A DNA stretch of 64,000 nucleotides from Alphaproteobacteria bacterium (GCA_965261735.1 OZ253470.1:1760001-1824000); one strand, 5' to 3'. Counted from the first letter of the stretch, positions 1 through 10,399 are shown. The notes: a model not told the origin generated them from the sequence alone. Numbers and translations: made by a program.

Positions 1-739
1 TCGTTGACGGCCACAGCCACGGTCACCGCGACCGAGACGATGCGTCCGGTCTGGCGCACCTTCACGTAGGTGGCGTCGAGCCACAGATAGGGCCAGTCGC
101 CCTCCAGCGGTCGATCGAGGAAGCCGTTGACCTTATCGTCGATCTCGCCGCACAGCCTGGAGACCTGGCTCTTGGAGGCGCCCGACATCCCCATCGCCTG
201 AACCAGATCGTCAACCGAGCGGGTCGACACCCCCTGGATGTAGGCCTCCTGGATCACCGCAGCCAGCGCCTTCTCGGCCATCCGCCGCGGCTCCAGGAAG
301 CCCGGGAAGTAGCTTCCCTTCCTCAGCTTCGGGATCTTCAGCTCGACCGTGCCGGCCCGCGTCTCCCAGGACCGGTCGCGGTAGCCGTTGCGATGGGTGA
401 TACGATCCGCCGAGCGCTCGCCGTGCCCGGCGCCGGTCAGGCCCTCAACCTCCAGTGCCATCAGCCGCTCGGCCGTGAAGCCGATCATCTCGCAAAGCAG
501 ATCGGCATCGGAGCTCTTCTCCAAAAGCGCGCGCAGGGTCATCATGTCCTGGGTCATCGTGGTTCTCCTTCGGGTCAGGTTGGTTTGCACTAGCCCAACC
601 CTAAACCGGAACCGCGATGGCCTCCGCTGTGGATAGCCGGCTTGCCTACGCCAGACTCTCGGCGGTCGCTACGGCAAGCCGCCTACCCACAGCTAACAGA
701 GGCTCCAACAACTCCTACACCACGTCCTGGGACACGACC
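1..739 (-). mobile_element. IS256-family element, copy 1 (left part only, cut by window edge); transposase 5' part <1..557
   Basis: Near-identical to 24221-24959 (two SNPs seen, at 213 and 696); left end ...CACCACGTCCTGGGACACGACC at 739. Confidence 0.95.
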
Positions 740-1015
740 CCTATTCCTTCCATTTCTTTTTCCTTTGGGATGAAGAGCTTATGTCTTGAATCACGCGGTC
801 GAAGGGCTGCGAACACCGGTGTCGGTTAATCAAACCTCACGCCGCTGCATGACGTTCCGGCGCGTCCCCACCTTGCCGGCTTTCGCGAATCCCGCTCGCT
901 CAAAGTGCGCGACGAAACCCATGAAACGATAGCTGGGCGACCATCGCTCCACGGGGTATTGGTGCGCGGATCGCATTTCCGCTCCAAATCACCGGCCAAT
1001 CGTCGAGATCAACAA

Positions 1016-1547
1016 TCAACGGCCGCCAACCGCGGGCTTGAATATTCGCCACGCAACGCCATCCCTGCTGACAAACATATGCTTCGCCGCACCCAACAGG
1101 TGGAGGATGAGGAGCGGCGGAAACACGTGGCCAGCCGTATCATGAACCTCCTCCACGAGCATATGAAAACCCGGGCTTGATGCGATGGGCGAAGGGATGG
1201 CGATCACCCCGAAGAGGTCCAAGGGCCGCCCCAACGACCATGGCAACATATATCCGGAGATCACCACCACGACGATGGCCACGAGGAATCCCCAGAGGAC
1301 GATTTGTCGAACGGCGTTGAGGGCGAAGGCCTGATCCGGCCGTGTCGGTATGCCGTGTCTTATGCGGTGCCACACGCGCCACCAAAGAACCAGGCCCACG
1401 ATGGCGCCGCCGCTGACGTGAAAGACGTACTCGGCGCTACCGCGTTCCCCCTCGTGGGTCAGAAACAGGGCGACCACGAATATCGCTGCAAGCCAGTGAA
1501 GGGCGATCGACAGCGGTGAGTACCGATCCCTTGCTGGTGGCAGCCAT
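1016..1547 (-). pseudogene. Cytochrome b561/YceJ-type di-heme membrane protein, probably frameshifted near the start
   Basis: DRYSPLSIALHWLAA, FHVSGG, EVHDTAGH, LHLLGAAKH heme-His motifs; ATG at 1547 is one base out of frame with the body (CCC run 1528-1530). Confidence 0.7.
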
Positions 1548-1630
1548 GGGGTGTCTATGATTCGCGCGAGCCGTTACGATAGCCCCCGGAGGCAAGCGTT
1601 TGAGGCTGCCGATCGGCGCACGAGTGTTCC

Positions 1631-2080
1631 ATGATCCCACCATTCGATCCAGCGGTCGCTACCGTATTCGCTTCGTATCCTGCGCACATACGGCCGAAGA
1701 TGGCGGCGCTGCGAAAGCTCATCTTCGAAACCGCCGCCGCCACCGATGGCGTCGGACCGATCACCGAGACTCTCAAATGGGGGGAACCGGCCTACCTCAC
1801 CTCGGCCAGCAAGAGCGGAAGCACCATCAGAATCGGCTGGAAGAAGTCTGCGCCGAGGCGCTATGCAATCTACTTCCAGTGCCAAACCAATCTCGTTGAG
1901 ACCTTTCGATCCCTGTTCCCGGACGCGCTTAGATTCGAGCGCGACCGCGCTATTGTATTCGACGCGTCCGACGCCGTACCGGCCGACGCCTTGGCGATCT
2001 GCATCGCGGCTGCGCTGACCTATCACCGCAACAAGAAGTCTGCGCCGCGGGTCGCGGTGTCGGGTAGGGTCGCGGTTTAA
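1631..2080 (+). CDS. DUF1801 (YdhG-like) domain protein
   Basis: LRKLIFETAA...ITETLKWGEPAY...YFQCQTNLVETFR motifs. Confidence 0.8.
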   Translation: MIPPFDPAVATVFASYPAHIRPKMAALRKLIFETAAATDGVGPITETLKWGEPAYLTSASKSGSTIRIGWKKSAPRRYAIYFQCQTNLVETFRSLFPDALRFERDRAIVFDASDAVPADALAICIAAALTYHRNKKSAPRVAVSGRVAV

Positions 2081-2178
2081 GGAGGCGGGGCGTTTTCGCT
2101 CCCGACAAGCCTATCGCCGGGTCGACCAAACCTCGTTCCTCGAAGGCCGCGAAGGCTGTCATTAAGCACCCCGTTGGA

Positions 2179-2862
2179 GTGCGCAGGAGGGTCGCGCGCG
2201 GCACGCGCGAGGAGCGTATCGTCGCCGCGGCTATGGATTTCTTCGCCGAGCACGGCTTTCGCGCCTCGACGCGCGATCTCGCCAAGCGACTCGGCGTGAC
2301 GCAGGCCCTGCTCTACCGCTACTTCAAGAGCAAACAGGCTCTGATCGATCGCGTGTTTGCGGAAGTATTCGTCGATCAGTGGGACGAGGACGACGCGGCA
2401 AGTCTGCTCGATGCCGAGGCGCCGCTTGCCGCTCGTTTGACGACCTTTTACCAGTCCTTCGCGCAACGTTTCTCGAGGCAGCGCGTGCGCCTGTTCATGC
2501 GCGCCGGTCTCGACGACCTGAACCTGGCGGTTCGCTATACGCCTCCTCTCAACGAGCGCATCCTCACGCCCGTGATTGTCGCGCTGCGACGGGAGGCCGG
2601 GTTGCCGTTGCCGGCGCGGCGGCGGATTCTGCGCGCGGAGCGCGAGCTGGTGCTGACCCTGCACGGCGCGATCGCTCACCTCGGCATACGAAAATACATC
2701 TACGGCTCGCCGCTACCGGACGATCTCGGGGACCACGTCGCTCTCTACGTTGCCTCTTTCCTGGAGGGCGCTATCCCCTCGATCAGGCGACTCCACGAGC
2801 GCCGCCCGCGTGGCCTCCTCGGCGAACGGCTAGCCGACGGCGAGGACGCGCAAATCGAATAG
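2179..2862 (+). CDS. TetR/AcrR family transcriptional regulator
   Basis: N-terminal HTH FAEHGFRASTRDLAKRLGVTQALLYRYFKSK. Confidence 0.9.
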   Translation: MRRRVARGTREERIVAAAMDFFAEHGFRASTRDLAKRLGVTQALLYRYFKSKQALIDRVFAEVFVDQWDEDDAASLLDAEAPLAARLTTFYQSFAQRFSRQRVRLFMRAGLDDLNLAVRYTPPLNERILTPVIVALRREAGLPLPARRRILRAERELVLTLHGAIAHLGIRKYIYGSPLPDDLGDHVALYVASFLEGAIPSIRRLHERRPRGLLGERLADGEDAQIE

Positions 2863-2881
2863 GAGAGAGCCTATTCGCGGC

Positions 2882-3412
2882 TCACTTCTTTATCGCCGCG
2901 AGGAATGCCGGGAAGGTAAAGGCGTAGTCGTCGGATTCGGCGAGCTTCTTGTGGCGGGCGAAGCATCCATCGAAACTGATGTTGGGCCCGGTGCGCGGCT
3001 CGGTCGATGGCTCGAACCAGACGTACTCCCACTTGCCGTTGCGCTTCTCGGCCGTATACTCTGCGCCCCAGCCGGCTCGCTTCTCTTGGACGAAGATGTT
3101 CGTGATCTCGGATGTGGCGACGAAGCGGCCGCGCGCGTCCTTGACGGGGTTTCCGTCGCTGTCGAGCTTCGCCTTGTGATCTTCCATGATGAGCACTGTG
3201 CCGAGCGGCGCCGGCTGGTTCGCCCTGGCGTTGGCCAAGCTCTCGGGGTTGACGTACATGAAACGGACCGTCTTGCGCTTGGATTTGTCAACGGTCGTGT
3301 ACCTGACGAAATGGCTTTGGTATCCTTCCGGGAACGCCACCTTTTCGGGCCCGGCATGGACCGTGCCCGCGACCAGCATGCTCAGCGCCACCGCTCCAGC
3401 CAACCTGTGCAT
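2882..3412 (-). CDS. Cytochrome P460/c'-beta family protein with defective heme motif (CFARH); possibly inactive
   Basis: Signal peptide, FPEGY, GTVLIME, RNGKWEY, C-terminal DYAFT; CxxCH position reads C-F-A-R-H. Confidence 0.75.
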   Translation of the reverse strand: MHRLAGAVALSMLVAGTVHAGPEKVAFPEGYQSHFVRYTTVDKSKRKTVRFMYVNPESLANARANQPAPLGTVLIMEDHKAKLDSDGNPVKDARGRFVATSEITNIFVQEKRAGWGAEYTAEKRNGKWEYVWFEPSTEPRTGPNISFDGCFARHKKLAESDDYAFTFPAFLAAIKK

Positions 3413-3481
3413 CCTCACTCCCCCTCTTCGAGCCAGCATCCGCAACCGATGCGCCGGCGATTGGAAGCCGATAGGCGATAA

Positions 3482-3497
3482 GTTGTCAAGTGACAAC
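3482..3497. promoter_or_regulatory. Perfect 7-2-7 inverted repeat, candidate operator between divergent genes
   Basis: GTTGTCA-AG-TGACAAC. Confidence 0.4.
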
Positions 3498-3567
3498 ATA
3501 TCTCGAGGGCCTGTCCGATGGTCTGGGCGCAGGAGGCGGCGAATCGGACGGGCGAGGAGCGGCGTCC

Positions 3568-4232
3568 ATGGGTAGATCGATCGTTCTGACGGCAGCCGAT
3601 GGGCACGAGTTCGGTGCCTACGAGGCCCAACCGCCGGGCCCGTCCGCGGGCGCCTCGTCGTCATCCAGGAGGCGTTTGGCGTTACCAGCCACATCCGCAA
3701 CGAGTGCGAGCGCTACGCCGGCGAGGGATACCAAGCGGTCGCCCCGGCGCTCTACGACCGCATCGAGCGTGGGCTCGAGCTCGGCCACAGCGCCGACGAC
3801 TTCAAGAAGGCGCGCGCCCTGCACGGGCGCATCGACCGCGAGAAGATGCTGTTGGACGTCCGCGCCGCCGCCGACCATCTCGGTCCGCCGGGCACGCTCG
3901 GGGTGGTCGGGTACTGTTTCGGCGGCTACGTCGCGTGACTGGCGGCCTGTCGCCTCGAGATGGCGTGCGCCGCCGACTTCTACGGCGGCTCGATCGATGA
4001 AACCGTGGGCGAGAAGCCGAAGTGTCCGACCGCCTGTCACTTCGGCGAAAAGGACCATCTGATCCCGCTCGAGGACGTCGAGAAGGTACGCGCGACTCAC
4101 CCCGAGGTGTCCGTGTTCCTGTACCCCGCCGGGCATGGCTTCATGTGCGAGGAGCGCGAGAACTACCACGCCGAGTCGGCCGCCATCGCGAGGCAACGAG
4201 CGCTCGCGTTCCTTGCCGAGCATCTGAAGTAG
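3568..4232 (+). pseudogene. Dienelactone hydrolase family pseudogene
   Basis: MGRSIVLTAADGHEFGAY, then frameshift near 3645 into VVIQEAFGV, GYCFGG nucleophile motif followed by in-frame TGA at 3936-3938, C-terminal YPAGHGFMCE. Confidence 0.9.
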
Positions 4233-4274
4233 AGCGGTCGCGGGCCGGCCGCGCCTGCCCTATAGTGCGGCGCG

Positions 4275-4943
4275 ATGCGAACCCTGTACCACCTCTGGCT
4301 GTCGCCGCTCTGCCGCAAGGTGCGCGTCATGCTTCAGGAGAAGGGGCTGGAGTTCGACATCAAGGTCGAGGAGGTGTGGGAGAGGCACGAGCCCTTCCTC
4401 GCTCTCAATCCCGCCGGCGAGGTCCCGGTCCTGATCGAGCCCGACGGCCTCGTGCTGTGCGACAGCGCGGCGATCTGCGAGTATCTCGACGAGGTGTTCC
4501 CCGAGCGCCCACTCATCGGCGCCGGCGCAGCCGCGCGCGCGGAGACGCGCAGGCTCATCGCGTGGTTCGACCTCAAGTTCGACCGCGAGGTGACCCAACT
4601 GGTGCTCGAGGAGAAATTCACCAAGCGCTTCATGGCGATGGGTGCACCGGATTCGCGCGCCGTGCGCGCCGGCCTCGACAATATCCACTACCACCTCGAT
4701 TACGTCGCTTACCTAGCCGAACGGCGCAACTGGCTCGCCGGCGAGGACTTCAGCCTCGCCGACATCGCCGCCGCGGCTCATATCTCGGCGCTCGACTACC
4801 TCGGCGACGTGCCGTGGGAGGCGCACGAACCGGCCAAGGACTGGTACGCGCGCATCAAGTCGCGGCCGAGTTTCCGGCCCCTGCTCGCCGACCACATCCC
4901 CGGGCTCGCGCCGCCCGCGCATTACGCCGACCTCGATTTCTAG
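4275..4943 (+). CDS. fzlA: GST-fold FtsZ-binding protein FzlA
   Basis: GST N-terminus LSPLCRKVR, LNPAGEVPVL, C-terminal WYARIKSRPSFRPLLAD...HYADLDF; adjacent to queG. Confidence 0.8.
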   Translation: MRTLYHLWLSPLCRKVRVMLQEKGLEFDIKVEEVWERHEPFLALNPAGEVPVLIEPDGLVLCDSAAICEYLDEVFPERPLIGAGAAARAETRRLIAWFDLKFDREVTQLVLEEKFTKRFMAMGAPDSRAVRAGLDNIHYHLDYVAYLAERRNWLAGEDFSLADIAAAAHISALDYLGDVPWEAHEPAKDWYARIKSRPSFRPLLADHIPGLAPPAHYADLDF

Positions 4944-4961
4944 CGGCGCCGCTGGTGGGCG

Positions 4962-6104
4962 ATGAAGCACAGCAACCCGACCGAGCCCGACGCGAGGACC
5001 GCGATCCGCGAGCGCGCGCTCATCCTCGGGTTCGGCGCGGTCGGCTTCACCAGGCCCGACCGCGTCCGCGCCGCGGCGGCGGAACTCGCGGAGTATCTGC
5101 GCCGCGGCTACCACGGCGACATGGCCTGGCTGGCGCGCGGGGCGCAGCGCGGCGCTCCCGACCGGCTGTGGCCCGAGGCGCGCTCGGTGGTCATGCTGGG
5201 CCTCAATTATAGCCCCGAGGGCGATCCGATGGCCGCCCTCGCCGAGTCCGACCGCGGCGCCATCTCCGTCTATGCCCAAGGGCGCGACTACCACAAGGTG
5301 CTCAAGCGCGGCCTCAAGGCGCTCGGCGGCTGGATGCATCGCGATCTCGGCGCCGAGGTCAAGGTGTTCGTCGATACCGGGCCGGTGATGGAGAAGCCGC
5401 TGGCCGCGGCCGCGGGGCTCGGCTGGCAGGGTAAGCACACCAACCTGGTGTCGCGCGAGCTCGGCTCGTGGCTGTTCCTGGGCGCGCTGTTCACCACCCT
5501 CGATATCGCCGGCGACGGTGCGCACGCCGACCTGTGCGGCACCTGCTCCGCCTGCCTCGATGCCTGCCCCACGGCAGCCTTTCCCGCGCCCTATCGGCTC
5601 GATGCGCGGCGCTGCATCTCGTACCTCACCATCGAGCATAAGGGCCACATCGCGGCTGAGTTCCGCCGCCCCATGGGCAACCGCATCTTCGGTTGCGACG
5701 ACTGCCTCGCGGTGTGCCCGTGGAACAAGTACGCGCGCACCGCGACCGAGCCCGATCTGGCGCCACGCGCCGATCTCGGCGGCGCCCGCCTCGCCGACCT
5801 CGCGCGCCTCGACGATGCCGCCTTCCGCCGCCTCTTCGCCGGGACCGCGGTCAAGCGCACCGGGCGCGACCGCTTTGTCCGCAACGTACTCATAGCGCTC
5901 GGCAACGCGCGCGATCGGGCCGCCGTGCCGATCATCGCGGAGCGCCTCGACGATGCATCGCCGCTGGTACGCGCGATGGCCGTGTGGGCCCTAGGCGAGA
6001 TCTGCTCGGATGCGGAAATGGCGCGGTATCGTGGGCGCTGCATGGTCCACGAGAGTGATGCCGCGGTGCGGGCCGAGTGGGCGGCGCTCGAGGGCGCCGC
6101 GTGA
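4962..6104 (+). CDS. queG: tRNA epoxyqueuosine(34) reductase
   Basis: [51 protein letters not shown]. Confidence 0.95.
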   Translation: MKHSNPTEPDARTAIRERALILGFGAVGFTRPDRVRAAAAELAEYLRRGYHGDMAWLARGAQRGAPDRLWPEARSVVMLGLNYSPEGDPMAALAESDRGAISVYAQGRDYHKVLKRGLKALGGWMHRDLGAEVKVFVDTGPVMEKPLAAAAGLGWQGKHTNLVSRELGSWLFLGALFTTLDIAGDGAHADLCGTCSACLDACPTAAFPAPYRLDARRCISYLTIEHKGHIAAEFRRPMGNRIFGCDDCLAVCPWNKYARTATEPDLAPRADLGGARLADLARLDDAAFRRLFAGTAVKRTGRDRFVRNVLIALGNARDRAAVPIIAERLDDASPLVRAMAVWALGEICSDAEMARYRGRCMVHESDAAVRAEWAALEGAA

Positions 6105-6979
6105 GCGCCGCGCATCGGCTCTTCTGCTTCGGCCTCGGCTACACCGGCACGGCTCTCGCCGAGTCCCTGTTGGCCGAGGGCTGGCGGGTCGCCGGTACGA
6201 CGCGCGATGCCGCACGGGCCGTGAGCGCGATGCCGTGCGAGGTGCTGCGCTTCGACCGCGATCATCGGTTGAGCGACCCCGGTGCCGCGCTGGCCGGCAC
6301 CACGCACCTGCTGCTCTCGGTGCCGCCCGACGAAGCGGGCGATGCGGTGCTCGATGCCCACGCCGCGGATATTGCTGCGCTACGCGGCCTGGTCTGGGCC
6401 GGGTACCTGTCGACCACCGGGGTCTATGGCGACAGCGGCGGTGCCTGGGTCGACGAGGCGAGCCCGCTGCGGCCCACGGGCGCGCGCGGCCGGCGCCGCG
6501 TCGTCGCCGAGGCGGGTTGGCTCGCGCTGCGGCGCTCGGCCGGCGTGCCGGTGCACGTCTTTCGCCTCGCCGGCATCTACGGGCCCGGCCGTAGCGCCCT
6601 CGATCGGGTGCGCGCCGACAACGCCCAGCGCATCGAGGCGCCGGGCCACGTGGTTTCTCGCATCCACGTCGAAGACATCGTCGCCAGCTTGCGGGCCTCG
6701 ATGGCGCGGCCGCGGCCCGGTGCCGTCTACAATTTGTGCGACGACGAACCGGCGGCGCCGGGCGACGTCGTCGCCCACGCGTGCGCCCTGCTCCGCGTGC
6801 CGGTGCCGGAGCTAGTGCCGCTGGCCGAGGCGGACCTGTCGCCGATGGCGCGGAGCTTCTACGCCGACAGCCGCCGCGTCGCCAATCGGCGCCTCAAGGA
6901 GGAACTGGGGATTAAGCTCGCGTATCCCGACTACCGTGCCGGCCTCGCGGCCATCCTCGCGGCGGAGGCCGGCGGCTAG
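6101..6979 (+). CDS. NAD(P)-dependent epimerase/SDR family oxidoreductase
   Basis: [35 protein letters not shown]; GTG overlaps the queG stop. Confidence 0.9.
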   Translation: MSAAHRLFCFGLGYTGTALAESLLAEGWRVAGTTRDAARAVSAMPCEVLRFDRDHRLSDPGAALAGTTHLLLSVPPDEAGDAVLDAHAADIAALRGLVWAGYLSTTGVYGDSGGAWVDEASPLRPTGARGRRRVVAEAGWLALRRSAGVPVHVFRLAGIYGPGRSALDRVRADNAQRIEAPGHVVSRIHVEDIVASLRASMARPRPGAVYNLCDDEPAAPGDVVAHACALLRVPVPELVPLAEADLSPMARSFYADSRRVANRRLKEELGIKLAYPDYRAGLAAILAAEAGG

Positions 6980-7161
6980 GGTGTGTACCCATGAACTGAG
7001 GGTCCGCCTACGGGCCACATTGCAGACCTCCAGCGACCCGCCACGGAGTGCCGGTCGTGACCCGAAGCCGACCTTCACGACAACCGCATAGACTCTCGTC
7101 GTAGCGCTGCTTACGCTTTGAGCGACGCTGTCAACCGGGTGAGGGGAGGGCCATAGCGGAG

Positions 7162-8133
7162 ATGGTCGAGCGCAGACTCTCCGCGATCCTCAGCGCGGAC
7201 ATCGTCGGCTACACGCGCCTCATGCGCGCCGACGAGGAAGGCACGCTCGCCCGCTCTCGTGCCCATCGCACCGAACTCGTCGAGCCCAAGATCGCGGAGT
7301 ACGAGGGCCGCATCGTCAAACTGATGGGGGACGGCTTGCTCGTCGAGTTCGCGAGTGTCGTCAATGCCGTCCAATGCGCTGCCGAGGTTCAACGCAGGAT
7401 GGCCGCGCGCAATGCTGGCGTGCCCGAGGATGAGCAGATTGTTTTCCGCGTCGGCATCAACCTCGGCGACGTGATCGTCGAGGGCGACGACATTCACGGC
7501 GACGGCGTCAACATCGCAACTCGCATGCAGGAGATCGCGCCGCCAGGTGGGATCTCGGTCTCCGGCGTCGTCTACGACAGCGTGAGGGACAAGCTGGCCC
7601 CGGGCTTTGAGGATCTTGGTCCGCAGCAGGTCAAGAACATCGCTGAGCCCGTACGCGCCTACCGGGTCGTGCTGGACCCAGAGGCGACCGGGACGAGGGA
7701 AGCTCCGCAGGTCGCGATCGCGTCCCGCGTCCGCGAGGCCGAGCGCGTGTTGACGATTTGCAGTGGCGCCCAACGCCAAGGCACGTGGCGAGTGCCCAAG
7801 GATCTGCGCGTGGTCGTCGTGATGGGCGGCATCGATCTAGACTTTCGCGAAGCCGAGTTCGGTCTTGGCGTCACCGAAGTCAAAGTGACCGCCGTGATGG
7901 GGGGTATCGCCATCATCGTGCCACCTCACCTCCAGGTGGAGTGCGACGGCGGCGGCATTTTGGGCCTTTTCGAGGGAATGCACCGTGGTGCTGGCGAGCG
8001 GGATCCGAATGCGCCGCTGTTGCGCATCACTGGGGTCGCGGTCATGGGCGCCCTGGAAATCTCCACGCGACGCCAGGGGGAGACGATGAAAGTCGATGCG
8101 CGCGCAAGCGTCGGTCAGATCGGTCGTCGATAG
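7162..8133 (+). CDS. Class III adenylate/guanylate cyclase fused to a LiaF-C/DUF2154-like beta domain
   Basis: ADIVGYT, KLMGDG, DIHGDGVNIATRMQ; C-terminal repeats MGGIDLDFREA, MGGIAIIVPP, MGALEI. Confidence 0.85.
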   Translation: MVERRLSAILSADIVGYTRLMRADEEGTLARSRAHRTELVEPKIAEYEGRIVKLMGDGLLVEFASVVNAVQCAAEVQRRMAARNAGVPEDEQIVFRVGINLGDVIVEGDDIHGDGVNIATRMQEIAPPGGISVSGVVYDSVRDKLAPGFEDLGPQQVKNIAEPVRAYRVVLDPEATGTREAPQVAIASRVREAERVLTICSGAQRQGTWRVPKDLRVVVVMGGIDLDFREAEFGLGVTEVKVTAVMGGIAIIVPPHLQVECDGGGILGLFEGMHRGAGERDPNAPLLRITGVAVMGALEISTRRQGETMKVDARASVGQIGRR

Positions 8134-8209
8134 GGGAGTGGGCAGGCCGGGTTCTTACACGGCTGAGGAGCTTCGCTCCTCGCGCGGTAAACCGGTCTCC
8201 CGACTCTCC
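8133..8209. terminator. Long imperfect hairpin between convergent genes
   Basis: Perfect core GAGGAGC-TTC-GCTCCTC with outer pairing GGGAGT...GGCCGGGTT / AACCGGTCTCCC...ACTCTCC. Confidence 0.4.
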
Positions 8210-8357
8210 GCACCCCACTTCGAGGCAAGCACTTGTGTCCGGTAGTGGCTATGCCCGGAAGCAACGGAAGCTCCGCCGGAAGTCTGCTTCAGGCACCTAG
8301 CGTACATCGGTGCGGTATTTTGTCATCTAATCACGACGTCATTCATGAGCGCATGAG

Positions 8358-9155
8358 TTAGGCCGGCGCCACGGCCCACGCCGCCTCAATCTCGTCGCAA
8401 AACCCGAGAACGGCGGCGCATAGGAAGGCGATCTGGTCGGGCTCGGAGAGGCGGTGCTCGCCGTCCTTCAGCAGCGTGAGGCGCACGTCGTCGCCGGCGA
8501 TGGCCTCGACCAGCGCCAGCGCGTGGCGCCACGGCACCTCGGCATCCCGCATGCCGTGGACGAGGCGCACCGGGCAGGCGAGCGCGATCGGCGACTCCAG
8601 CACGAGGTGGTTCCGCGCCTCGGTAATGAGCCGGTAGGTGATCGGGTAGGGGTCGCCGTAGTCGGAGGGCTCCACGTATAGGCACTCGGTGCGCAATGTT
8701 TCGCGCACGCTCTCCTCGTAGCCGCGCCACATCAGCACTTCGGTGAAATCGGGGGCGGCGGCGATGCCGAACAGGCCAGCGACGCGCTCGGGCCGCGCGA
8801 GCGCCGCGAGCAGCATGATCCAGCCGCCCATGCTGGAGCCGACCAACACCTGCGGGCCCTCGGTGAGCTCGTCGAGCACCGCGGTCGCGTCCTCGGCCCA
8901 GCGGCCGATGGTGCCGTCGGTGAACGCCCCGGACGAGGCGCCGTGGCCGAAATAGTCGAAGCGGGTGAACGCGCGGCCCGTACGCCGGCAGACCGCCTCG
9001 AGCGATGTCGCCTTGACGCCCGTCATATCCGACATGAAGCCGCCGAGGAACACCACACCCGGTGCCTTCCCCGGCCACGCATGGTAAGCAAGGCTCGCGC
9101 CGGCGGGTCGGACCAGGATGCGCGGTGCGGCGGGTGCAGGCGAGTCGCCGGTCAT
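8358..9155 (-). CDS. Alpha/beta hydrolase (ABHD10-like)
   Basis: GGFMSDMTG, RFDYFGHG, GSSMGG, DAEVP, DGEHRLS catalytic triad motifs. Confidence 0.9.
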   Translation of the reverse strand: MTGDSPAPAAPRILVRPAGASLAYHAWPGKAPGVVFLGGFMSDMTGVKATSLEAVCRRTGRAFTRFDYFGHGASSGAFTDGTIGRWAEDATAVLDELTEGPQVLVGSSMGGWIMLLAALARPERVAGLFGIAAAPDFTEVLMWRGYEESVRETLRTECLYVEPSDYGDPYPITYRLITEARNHLVLESPIALACPVRLVHGMRDAEVPWRHALALVEAIAGDDVRLTLLKDGEHRLSEPDQIAFLCAAVLGFCDEIEAAWAVAPA

Positions 9156-9178
9156 GGCGGTGCTTCGAGCGGGAAAGA

Positions 9179-10357
9179 GTGAGCCAGTCTAACATCGCGA
9201 TGGCAGGGGGACCACGGGCGGCCGCGGTGCTGCAGGTCCTGCCGGCGCTGGAAACCGGTGGCGTCGAGCGCGGCACCGTCGATGTCGCCGCGGCGCTCGT
9301 CCGCAATGGCTGGCGCGCGATTGTCGCCTCGAGCGGCGGCGCCATGGTGCGCGAGCTCGATCGCGCCGGCGCGGTCCACGTTACGCTCCCCGTGCACAGC
9401 AAGAGCCCGTTCGTGATGGCGCGTAACGCAGCACGACTTTCCGGCCTCATCGCCGCGCATGACATCGCCATCGTGCATGCGCGCTCGCGCGCCCCGGCGT
9501 GGAGCGCCGAATGGGCGGCGAGCCGGCGCCGGCGGCCCTTCCTCACCACCTTTCACGGCACCTACGATGCGGGAACGCCGGCCAAGCGCTGGTACAACTC
9601 GGTCATGACGCGGGGGCGCCCCGTGATCGCCATCTCCGAATTCGTCGCCGACCATATCCGCGCTATCTACGGCGTGGACGAGGCGCGCCTGCTGACGATT
9701 CCACGCGGCGTCAACGTCCACGCCTTCGATCCGGCCGCGGTCTCGGCCGAACGCATCGTCAAGCTGGCGCGCGACTGGCGGCTGCCCGACGGCGTGCCGG
9801 TCATCATGCTGCCGGGCCGGCTGACCCGATGGAAGGGCCAGCTCGTGCTCATCGAGGCGATGGCGCGCCTCGGCCGGGGCAATGTGTGCTGCCTGATCGT
9901 CGGCGCCGACCAGGGCCGGCGCGCCTACCGCGCCGAGCTCGAGGCCGCCATTCGCCGCCGTGAGCTCGGCGGGACGGCGTACATCATCGACAGCTGCAAC
10001 GACATGCCGGCCGCCCTGATGCTGGCCGACGTCGTCGTCTCCGCCTCGACCGATCCGGAAGCCTTCGGCCGTGTGGCGGCGGAGGCGCAAGCCATGGGCC
10101 GGCCGGTGGTGGCGACCGACCACGGCGGCTCTCGCGAGACGGTGATCGACGGCGCGACGGGCTGGCTCGTACCACCCGGCGACGCTGCCGCGCTGGCACA
10201 GGCGCTCGGCGAGGCGATCGCGCTCGGCGAGGCCGAGCGTGCCGAGCTCGCCGCCACCGCCCGCCGCCACATCGCCGAGCGCTTCACGGTCGATCGCATG
10301 TGCGAGCAAACCCTGGCGCTCTATAGCAGCTTGCTCGAAACGGGCACCGCGCCTTGA
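9179..10357 (+). CDS. Glycosyltransferase family 4
   Basis: GGVERGT, HARSRAPAW, PGRLTRWKGQ, PEAFGRVAAEAQAMG. Confidence 0.9.
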   Translation: MSQSNIAMAGGPRAAAVLQVLPALETGGVERGTVDVAAALVRNGWRAIVASSGGAMVRELDRAGAVHVTLPVHSKSPFVMARNAARLSGLIAAHDIAIVHARSRAPAWSAEWAASRRRRPFLTTFHGTYDAGTPAKRWYNSVMTRGRPVIAISEFVADHIRAIYGVDEARLLTIPRGVNVHAFDPAAVSAERIVKLARDWRLPDGVPVIMLPGRLTRWKGQLVLIEAMARLGRGNVCCLIVGADQGRRAYRAELEAAIRRRELGGTAYIIDSCNDMPAALMLADVVVSASTDPEAFGRVAAEAQAMGRPVVATDHGGSRETVIDGATGWLVPPGDAAALAQALGEAIALGEAERAELAATARRHIAERFTVDRMCEQTLALYSSLLETGTAP

Positions 10358-10399
10358 CGAGTGGTCCGCGAGAACTGGTAGGCGAGCGGTTACAAAGGA

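Noticed and set aside
3936-3938. In-frame TGA as selenocysteine or Trp recoding
   Set aside because: Sits at a non-catalytic Trp-like position in a gene that is also frameshifted; TGA is a normal stop elsewhere
6980-7110. Possible MITE/repeat remnant before the cyclase
   Set aside because: Only vague resemblance; no second copy, TIR or TSD in the window
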